Assembly (NCBI GenBank): GCA_003220435.1
Contig: QHSL01000060.1
Span: 47,917-111,916, forward strand
From: Candidatus Rokuibacteriota bacterium
Lineage (GTDB): Bacteria; Methylomirabilota; Methylomirabilia; Rokubacteriales; CSP1-6
Length of the DNA: 64,000 nt
Direction: 5' to 3'
Part shown: piece by piece, positions 8,359 through 15,424 of the stretch
Position numbering within the stretch: position 1 is the first letter of the stretch
Layout: the number at the start of each line of letters is the position of its first letter
Program-made: the position numbers and the translations under genes
The notes under the pieces: model-generated
Seen by the model: only the letters and a program-made list of their open reading frames with translations
Database searches by the model: none
Told to the model about the DNA's origin: nothing

Positions 8359-9807
8359 ATGATCATCCACGTCAACTTCCTGCCGAAGCCCGGCGACACC
8401 GGAGCCAGCGAGGTGATCGCGTCGCTCGCCGGCCTGCTCGATCAGGGTCGGCTCGACGGCGAGGTGCTCTCCCGCCTGCGGCTTCACCTGGACTGGCTCC
8501 AGTACAAGGCGAACTTCCGTGAGCCGATCACGGTCCGCCACGCCACCGGCGCTCGCGGCGAGCCGACCGCGCTCGCAGAGCTCGCGATCGACGTGCGCCG
8601 CGCGCGGCCCGAGCGCCTCGGCGACGAGCTCGCGCACGCGATCGCGTCGGTCGGCGCCGTGGAGCACGAGGTGGCCGGCCGCGCCGTCCTCGAGGACTGG
8701 GCACCGCTCAGCCGGAGTGCGATCTGGCAGTTCAATCGGCTCTTCTGGCAGCGCCTCGTCGATTGGGAGCGCCAGACGGGCCGGGGGTTCGAGGCGGCGC
8801 TGCCGAGCGGTCGGTCGGACGCGAACCATCCGGCGGCCGTCGCCGACGCGGTCGCCGATTTCTGGACGCTGCTGGTCGAGCTCGACAAGCGTGGCCAACT
8901 CCCGCAGGAGATCTTCGCGCTGGAGATCGGCGTGGGTCCAGGCACGCGGGCCGGGCTCTGGCTCGATCGCTTCAAGGCCCTCGACGAGGCGCGCGCCACC
9001 GGCTTCTATCCCCGCCTGCGCTTCCTGCTCGCGGATTACTCGATGCCGACGCTCGACCGCGCACACCGCGCCGTCGAGGCGCACCGCGACGTCGTCAGCA
9101 CGATCGCCACCGACGCGCTGAACCCGATGCGCGCGCTGTCGTTCCTCCGGTACAAGATCCTCTATGTCCACCTCACCAACGTGTACGACAACCTGCCGGT
9201 GGACGAGCTCGTCCGCCGCGACGGCCAGCTGTATCTGGTCGAGACCCGTGCGTATCTGCCGGAGCCGGCATCGACGGCAATTGCTCAGGCCTTCGGGGTT
9301 GGCCCGTCCGAGCAGCCGGCGACCGTCGGTCGCCTGCTCGAGGCGGGTCCCGACCTCTTTGGCGACCGCGAGCGCGGCGTGGCGTTCTGGCGCGCGGTAT
9401 GGGACGGCGTGTGTCTGGAGGAGCGCCTTCGCCGCCTCGAAGGCATCGCCGACGTGCCGCTGCCGCCCGGGCTCGACGGCACCGACCTGGAGGAGCTGCT
9501 CACGACCGCGCCCGCCGACATCCGGTTTCACCTCTCGGGTGGCGCGGTGGAGAGCTTCATGAACACGGTCCCGCTGTTGCACCCGCGCGGTTATCTCCAG
9601 GTGCAGGACATCTTCGTGGCCACGATGGACGAGTACCGCCAGGGGTTCCGGGGGCCGGGCAAGCTCGACGGCTCGGTCGTGAACTGGGTCAACGGCCCCC
9701 TCCTGCGCGTGGTCGGCGCGCGGGCCGGGTACGACGTGCACTTCGCGCCGTTCCGGTATCGGCCGGGCTCGCGCACGACCATTCTCTACACGACGCTCCG
9801 GGAGTGA
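8359..9807 (+). CDS. Hypothetical protein of 483 aa. It has a weak resemblance to a SAM-methyltransferase-like fold (ExGxGxG).
   Basis: Long ORF with strong codon bias. FALEIGVGPGTRAGLWLD loosely resembles methyltransferase motif I (MidA/DUF185-like). I recognise no confident family. It lies immediately upstream of the core-MetE gene. Confidence 0.55.
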   Translation: MIIHVNFLPKPGDTGASEVIASLAGLLDQGRLDGEVLSRLRLHLDWLQYKANFREPITVRHATGARGEPTALAELAIDVRRARPERLGDELAHAIASVGAVEHEVAGRAVLEDWAPLSRSAIWQFNRLFWQRLVDWERQTGRGFEAALPSGRSDANHPAAVADAVADFWTLLVELDKRGQLPQEIFALEIGVGPGTRAGLWLDRFKALDEARATGFYPRLRFLLADYSMPTLDRAHRAVEAHRDVVSTIATDALNPMRALSFLRYKILYVHLTNVYDNLPVDELVRRDGQLYLVETRAYLPEPASTAIAQAFGVGPSEQPATVGRLLEAGPDLFGDRERGVAFWRAVWDGVCLEERLRRLEGIADVPLPPGLDGTDLEELLTTAPADIRFHLSGGAVESFMNTVPLLHPRGYLQVQDIFVATMDEYRQGFRGPGKLDGSVVNWVNGPLLRVVGARAGYDVHFAPFRYRPGSRTTILYTTLRE

Positions 9808-9815
9808 GGGAGATC

Positions 9816-10817
9816 ATGGCCGGTCAGCACCTGACCACCGCCGTCGTCGGCAGCTACTCGATGCCCGGCTGGCTCGAGCGGGCGAAGAACGACTATCTGC
9901 GCCGGCGCATCACCGCGCACGATCTGGACGAGATGCACGACACCGCCGTGAAGGCCGCCATCAAGGACCAGGAGGTCGCCGGCATCGATATCGTCTCCGA
10001 CGGTGAGCTCCGCCGCGACAACATGATCGACTACTTCGCGATGCGGCTGCCCGGTGTCGAGATAGACCGTACGTCCAAGACGTCGTACTACGACTTCTAC
10101 GAGTCCGTCGTGCGCGGGCGGATGCCGATGGCGCCGCTCGGCCTCGTCGAGCACTACCGGTTCCTGCGCCGCTTCACCGACCACCGCACGAAGGTCTCGG
10201 TCACGGGCCCCCACTCGCTGGTCAAGCGCATCCGCAACGAGCACTACCCGAGCGAGGAAGCGTTCGCGATGGAGATCGCGCGCATCATGAACCTCGAGCT
10301 GCGCGAGCTGGTCCGTGCCGGCGCCGAGCAGATCCAGATCGACGAGCCCTACTACTCGGGGTTCCCCGAAGATCTGCCCTGGGGCGTGCGCGCAGTCAAC
10401 GCGTTGGTGGAGAACGTCGACGCGCGGCTGAGCCTCCACGTCTGCTACGGCAACCGCTACGGCAAGCCCTCGTGGGAGGGCAGCTACCGCTACCTGTTCC
10501 CGGCGATCCTCGAGGCGCGCATCGACCAGGTCACGCTCGAGTTCGCGCGGCGCGGCAGCGAGGACCTCCGGCTCTTCAAGGAGTTCGACGCGCCGTTCAC
10601 GCTCGGCCTCGGCGTCATCGACGTGAAGACCCACGATGTCGAGACGCCCGCGGTGGTGGCCGAGCGCATCCGGGAGGCGCTCGCGATCCTCCCGACCGAG
10701 CGGCTGTCCGTCAACCCGGACTGCGGCCTGCTGCATCTGCCACGCGAGATCGCCTTCGCCAAGCTCTGCGCGATGGTGGAGGGCACGCAGCTGGTGCGCC
10801 GCGAGATCTCTGGATGA
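9816..10817 (+). CDS. Core MetE: cobalamin-independent methionine synthase with only the C-terminal catalytic domain and no N-terminal folate-binding barrel.
   Basis: 333 aa. LSLHVCYGN supplies the Zn-ligand His/Cys, and NPDCGL is the MetE C-terminal DCGL motif. A GAGGGAG Shine-Dalgarno sequence precedes the ATG at 9816. The product is less than half the length of canonical MetE (about 750 aa). Confidence 0.8.
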   Translation: MAGQHLTTAVVGSYSMPGWLERAKNDYLRRRITAHDLDEMHDTAVKAAIKDQEVAGIDIVSDGELRRDNMIDYFAMRLPGVEIDRTSKTSYYDFYESVVRGRMPMAPLGLVEHYRFLRRFTDHRTKVSVTGPHSLVKRIRNEHYPSEEAFAMEIARIMNLELRELVRAGAEQIQIDEPYYSGFPEDLPWGVRAVNALVENVDARLSLHVCYGNRYGKPSWEGSYRYLFPAILEARIDQVTLEFARRGSEDLRLFKEFDAPFTLGLGVIDVKTHDVETPAVVAERIREALAILPTERLSVNPDCGLLHLPREIAFAKLCAMVEGTQLVRREISG

Positions 10818-10859
10818 CCAGAGCTGAGCAGTCTGGATGACCAGACCGGAGCTCTCCGG

Positions 10860-12287
10860 ATGACGAACCCGCTGCGGGTGGCGCTGGCGGCGGGGCGCTT
10901 CTGCTACGTGGTCGAGCTGGTCGCGTCCGCGCTCACCCGCGAGGCGCGGCTGCTGGAGACGGCGTCGGGCCTGGCGCGACTGCCCCAGGTGGTCGCCGGC
11001 AGCGTCACGAGCTACGCGGGCGGCGCGATGGGTCACGATCCGCTGCGGGTGGCCGCGGCGGCGCGCGCCCGCGGGCTGACCCCCAACATCCACCTGACGT
11101 GCGTGAGCCAGGACCGCGGCGGGCTGCGCAAGACCCTGGACGACATGCACGCGCTCTCGCTCGAGAACGTCTTCGCGCTCACCGGCGACTACCCGGGCGC
11201 GGGCGACCAGCCGCCGGTGTTCGATCTGGACTCGGTGCAGCTCGTCCATCTGGTCGACGAGCTGCGCCGGGGCGGCAAGGCGTTTCACGTCACGGTGGCG
11301 GTCTCGCCCTTCAAGTACACCGAAGCGGACTGCGTGTACCAGTACGTCAAGCTCGAGAAGAAGATCGCCGCCGGCGCCGACGCCGCCGTCACTCAGGTCG
11401 GCTGGGATGCGCGAAAGCTCGAGGAGCTCAAGCGCTACCTCGACGCGCGGGGGCTTCGCACCCCGCTGCTCGGCAACGTCTACGTGCTCGGCCCGAGGAC
11501 TGCCGAGCGGATGGCGACAGGCCGGCCGCCTGGATGCTGGGTCTCGCCCGAGCTGCTCGCCGCCGTGCGGGCCGAGAGCCTGGCGCAGGACGGCGGGCGT
11601 CAGGCTCGGCTCGAGCGGGCGGCCCGGACGGTGGCGGTGCTGCGCGGGTTGGGCTACGCCGGAGCCTATATCGGCGGCACCCACGACCCGGTGCAGATCG
11701 CCTGGATCATCAGGCGCGCCGACGAGCTGGCACCGAGGTGGGAGGCCCTCGCCGCCGAGCTTCGCTACGGCCCCGCCGGCGGCTTCTATCTTTCGGCGTC
11801 AGCGCCGCGCCCTCGGCACCCGCGACGGGACGCACTGCCGCGAATGCTGGAGTGGCTCGGGCGCGCGCTGCCGGTCACCCGCGACACGCCCCTCCGGCGA
11901 GCGCTCGCGCGCGTGTTCGCCTGGATCGACCGCCACCGGCCGGCCGCGGTGCTGCTCGAGCACGTCGAGCTCGCGATCAAGAAGCCCCTCTTCGGGTGCC
12001 AGGCGTGCGGCAACTGCGTGCTGGGCCACCTCGAGTACGTGTGCCCGCAGACCTGTCCCAAGCAGATGCGCAACGGCCCGTGCGGTGGCACCGACAACGG
12101 CCGATGCGAGGTGGTGCCGGACAAGCCCTGCATCTGGGTCGCGGTCCACGACCGCGCCAAGGCGTCGGGATCGCTCGACGGCCTCAAGACCTACGTCCCG
12201 CCGCCGCATCGCCAGCTTCGCGACACGAGCTCGTGGATCAACTACTTCCTGGACCGAGACAGCCGGCCCGGTCCGGGCGGAGGCTGA
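10860..12287 (+). CDS. metF: Methylenetetrahydrofolate reductase (MetF-like) fused to a C-terminal MetV-type zinc-ribbon domain.
   Basis: The N-terminal roughly 300 aa form an MTHFR TIM barrel (HLTCVSQDRGGLRKTLDDM, FALTGDYP). The C-terminus has CQACGNCVLGHLEYVCPQTCPKQMRNGPCGG, a Cys-rich MTHFR_C/MetV domain. That domain is a separate small protein in acetogens. Confidence 0.8.
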   Translation: MTNPLRVALAAGRFCYVVELVASALTREARLLETASGLARLPQVVAGSVTSYAGGAMGHDPLRVAAAARARGLTPNIHLTCVSQDRGGLRKTLDDMHALSLENVFALTGDYPGAGDQPPVFDLDSVQLVHLVDELRRGGKAFHVTVAVSPFKYTEADCVYQYVKLEKKIAAGADAAVTQVGWDARKLEELKRYLDARGLRTPLLGNVYVLGPRTAERMATGRPPGCWVSPELLAAVRAESLAQDGGRQARLERAARTVAVLRGLGYAGAYIGGTHDPVQIAWIIRRADELAPRWEALAAELRYGPAGGFYLSASAPRPRHPRRDALPRMLEWLGRALPVTRDTPLRRALARVFAWIDRHRPAAVLLEHVELAIKKPLFGCQACGNCVLGHLEYVCPQTCPKQMRNGPCGGTDNGRCEVVPDKPCIWVAVHDRAKASGSLDGLKTYVPPPHRQLRDTSSWINYFLDRDSRPGPGGG

Positions 12288-12424
12288 TGTGCACCGGTCC
12301 CCTGGGCCAAGATGATCGAGGAGAAGAGCGGCGGCCGCCTCAACGCCGTGTCAGCGCAGGTCGCGCAAGCAAGACACGCAGGCGAGCTCGTGTCGGCAGC
12401 TACTGAGATGCGTTCGCTGAGATC

Positions 12425-12595
12425 AACCGCCGACGCGGCCGCGACGGGGGTCGAGGGCGGGGGTCCCCTGGGCGACCTGTGTAGTCAGGGTTGACCAGAA
12501 ATCTCGCGTCGAGACACAGGCGAAGCGCGTCGCAGCTACCAGGTCGCTCAGGGGACCCCCGGCCTCGACCTCGTCGCGGCCGCAGACGACGCGAA
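12425..12595. repeat. Long imperfect palindrome (hairpin element A). Stems of about 50 bp enclose a 60-nt loop that begins TGTAGTCAGGGTTG.
   Basis: The left arm is 12431-12480 (GCCGACGCGGCCGCGACGGGGGTCGAGGGCGGGGGTCCCCTGGGCGACCTG). Its reverse complement matches the right arm at 12541-12590 with about 5 mismatches or indels. The loop spans 12481-12540. Confidence 0.7.
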
Positions 12596-12600
12596 GGCAG

Positions 12601-13026
12601 CTAAGTGAGGCGCTTGGCGCGAGTCGCCGGCACGAGCTGCCCGTACCTGACGCCTTTGAGCGCGAGCAGCTCGTTGGCGACGGAGCGGATCCGGCGCGGC
12701 GACCCGCGGAGGGCCACGACCTCGAGGCACGTGTGCGCGTCCAGGTGAATGTGGAGCGCCGCGGTGATCGTGCGATAGCTGTGGTGCTGGATGTCGGTGA
12801 GCTTGTCCTCCAGCGCGCGCGTGCCGTGGTCGTAGACCAGCGACAGAACGCCCACCGTCTCGCCCGGCCGCCGTGTCCATTCCTCCTTGACGAGCTCGGC
12901 GCGCAGCAGGTCGCGCACGAACTCGCTGCGGTTCGCGTAGCGGCGGCCGGCGCGCAGGCGGTCCAGCGTGCGCATCAGCCGGGCCGGCAGCGAGACGGTA
13001 AACCGGACGGCGCGCTCGTCGGGCAT
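12601..13026 (-). CDS. nikR: Nickel-responsive transcriptional regulator NikR.
   Basis: The N-terminal ribbon-helix-helix is VRFTVSLPARLMRTLDRL. The C-terminal ACT-like domain carries the Ni-site motif HIHLDAHTCLEV (H-x-H...H-x-C). The product is 141 aa. Confidence 0.8.
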   Translation of the reverse strand: MPDERAVRFTVSLPARLMRTLDRLRAGRRYANRSEFVRDLLRAELVKEEWTRRPGETVGVLSLVYDHGTRALEDKLTDIQHHSYRTITAALHIHLDAHTCLEVVALRGSPRRIRSVANELLALKGVRYGQLVPATRAKRLT

Positions 13027-13082
13027 CGCAGTCGCGATCGTACTGGATCGACCCGTCTCGGCGTGGTATTACCTTTCAGCCG

Positions 13083-15134
13083 ATGTTCATACCCAGCCGT
13101 ATCGCCGGCGCGATCCTGGCCGGCGCCTTGCTGGTGGCGCCCGGCGCTGAAGGCCAGGCGCCGCCCTCCCCCCCGGCGCCGCCGCCTCGAACGGACGAGC
13201 AAGCGCTACCGCCGGTCACGGTGACGGCGCCGCTGCCCGTTTCCGCGTCGTCCGAGACCCTGATCCCGGGACGCGACTTCGAGCTGCGCCCCCAGGGCCG
13301 GCCGGCCGACGTGGTGCGCCTCATCCCCGGGTTCGTCATCAGCCAGCACCAGGGCGGCGGCAAGGCCGAGCAATACTTTCTGCGAGGCTTCGACGCCGAC
13401 CACGGCACCGACGTCGCGCTCTTCGTCGACGGGCTTCCCGTCAACCTCCGGAGCCACGCGCACGGCCAGGGATACGCCGATCTCCACTTCCTGATCCCCG
13501 AGACGATCCAGCGGATCGAGGGGTTCAAGGGGCCCTATTTCGTGGAGTATGGGGATTTCGCCACCGCGGGCGCGGTGAACTTCGTGCTCCGCGACGTGGT
13601 GGACGAGAACGTGGCCGAGGCCGCCGGCGGAATGTTCAACACGCAGCGCTATCTCACGCTCTTCTCGCCGACGCGGGACACCCTCAAGACCCTCGTCGCG
13701 CTCGAGTACTACCGCAACGACGGCGCCTTCGAGCATCCGAACGGCTACCAGCGTTTCAATCTCCTGGCCCGGGCGCGCGCGACCGTGAGTGAGGGGATGA
13801 ATCTCGGCGGGTGGCTCTCCCACTACCAGGCCGAATGGCACGGCTCGGGCGAGATCCCGGTGCGCGCCGTCCGCACCGGGCTCCTCTCGCGCTTCGGGTC
13901 GATCGACCCCAACGAGGGCGGCTACACCCAGCGAAGCAACCTCAACGTCGACTGGAGCTGGCGCCTCGACGAGCAGCAGCTCGTGGCGGTGCGCGCGTAC
14001 GGCAGCTACTACGCGCTCGACCTCTTCAACAACTTCACCTTCTTTCTCAATGACGAGCAGAACGGCGACGAGATCAATCAGCGCGATCGTCGCGTCCTGG
14101 CCGGCCTCGACGCCCGGTACGAGCACGAGAGCAAGCCCTTCGGGGCGAGCCTCACCAGCACCGCGGGCTTCCAGTACCGCATCGACACGCCCCGGGTCGT
14201 CCTCGCGCGCTCGGTGCAGCGCCACCAGCTCGAGCGCGTCCAGGACGTCGACGTCGTCGAGCAGTCGTACGCGCCCTACGTCAAGCTCGACCTCGTCCCC
14301 CTCGACTGGCTGCGCCTCGTCACCGGCGCGCGCGGCGACATCTTCAGCTACGACGTGCGCTCGCGCGTCAACGCGACCGGCGAGAGCCTGGACGGCGAGG
14401 CCACGAGGGCCCGCGCGAACGTGAAGGCCAACCTCGTCCTGGGCCCCTGGTACCGGACCGAACTCTTCGCGAACTTCGGCACGGGTTACCACAGCAACGA
14501 CGCGCGCGCGGTGATCAGCGATCCGCGCCAGCCCGCCCTGCCGACCGCGCGCGGCTACGAGTTCGGCGTCAAGACGCGGGCCATCCCGCGGGTCGAGTTC
14601 TCCGCGACGTACTGGGTCATCGACCTCGCCAGCGAGCTGGTGTTCGTCGGCGACGACGGCACGACCGAAGCTCGCGGGCCGAGCCACCGCGACGGCTGGG
14701 AGCTGGCGCTGCGCGCGAAGCTGCTCGACTGGCTCGAGTTCGCGGGCGACACGACCTTCAGCAACGCGGCGTTCGATACGGGCGAGGCGATACCGCTGGC
14801 GCCGAAGGTGACGGCGCGGGCCGAGCTGACCGCGCGGATGCCGTGGGGGCTCTCGACGAGCTTCGAGATGCGCTACCTCGCCGACCGCTGGGCCGACGAG
14901 GCCCGCCAGCAGACGGCGCGCGGCTACCTGCTCTTCGACTGGACGGCCCGCTATCGCTACAAGTCGATCGAGGCGTTCGTGAGCATCGAGAACCTCTCGA
15001 ACGTCGACTGGCGCGAAGCCCAGTTCTTCTTCACCTCGCGCCTCGCCAACGAGCCCGCTACCGGCGTGCCCGACATCCACTACACCCCCGGCACTCCTCG
15101 CACCGTCCTCGGCGGCCTCGCCGTTCGCTTTTGA
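13083..15134 (+). CDS. TonB-dependent outer-membrane receptor. It is a candidate Ni/Co uptake receptor because it neighbours nikR.
   Basis: There is a signal peptide (MFIPSRIAGAILAGALLVAPGAEG) and a plug domain (DFELRPQGRPADVVRLIPGFVIS...GFDADHGTDVALFVDGLPVN). The 22-strand barrel ends in a terminal aromatic (LGGLAVRF). Confidence 0.85.
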   Translation: MFIPSRIAGAILAGALLVAPGAEGQAPPSPPAPPPRTDEQALPPVTVTAPLPVSASSETLIPGRDFELRPQGRPADVVRLIPGFVISQHQGGGKAEQYFLRGFDADHGTDVALFVDGLPVNLRSHAHGQGYADLHFLIPETIQRIEGFKGPYFVEYGDFATAGAVNFVLRDVVDENVAEAAGGMFNTQRYLTLFSPTRDTLKTLVALEYYRNDGAFEHPNGYQRFNLLARARATVSEGMNLGGWLSHYQAEWHGSGEIPVRAVRTGLLSRFGSIDPNEGGYTQRSNLNVDWSWRLDEQQLVAVRAYGSYYALDLFNNFTFFLNDEQNGDEINQRDRRVLAGLDARYEHESKPFGASLTSTAGFQYRIDTPRVVLARSVQRHQLERVQDVDVVEQSYAPYVKLDLVPLDWLRLVTGARGDIFSYDVRSRVNATGESLDGEATRARANVKANLVLGPWYRTELFANFGTGYHSNDARAVISDPRQPALPTARGYEFGVKTRAIPRVEFSATYWVIDLASELVFVGDDGTTEARGPSHRDGWELALRAKLLDWLEFAGDTTFSNAAFDTGEAIPLAPKVTARAELTARMPWGLSTSFEMRYLADRWADEARQQTARGYLLFDWTARYRYKSIEAFVSIENLSNVDWREAQFFFTSRLANEPATGVPDIHYTPGTPRTVLGGLAVRF

Positions 15135-15270
15135 CCAGCGCGAATCGCGCCCCGTCCTAAAGTCGGCCGTCGTCCCACACCTCGCTGGTTCTAGGCCCTC
15201 GACCGCTCGCAGCGGGTCTGCTAACAGACCTTCAGCAACGCGCGCTCCTGCGTCTCAAGCTTGCGCAACG

Positions 15271-15424
15271 GTAGTCCGGGCGGGGGGCGCGGGGGTGGGT
15301 AGGCCCCTCCGCGGTCCGTGTAGTCAGGGTTGTCCCGAAGGGGAGTTCTTAGAAGAGGAAGCAGCGGGCAGCGGCTACCGGACCGCGGAGGGGCCTACCC
15401 CCCCGCGCCCCCCGCCCGGACTAC
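15271..15424. repeat. Long near-perfect palindrome (hairpin element B). Stems of about 48 bp enclose a 60-nt loop that begins TGTAGTCAGGGTTG and ends GGCTAC.
   Basis: The left arm 15271-15318 is GTAGTCCGGGCGGGGGGCGCGGGGGTGGGTAGGCCCCTCCGCGGTCCG. Its reverse complement matches the right arm 15379-15424 with about 2 differences. The loop shares its first 14 nt and last 5 nt with element A. The arm sequences are unrelated to those of A. Confidence 0.75.

Noticed and set aside
13027-13082. NikR operator in the nikR/TBDR intergenic region.
   Set aside because: I could not find a convincing GTATGA-N16-TCATAC-type or other extended palindrome. Only weak half-sites (GTACTG ... GGTATTAC) are present, so nothing is reported.
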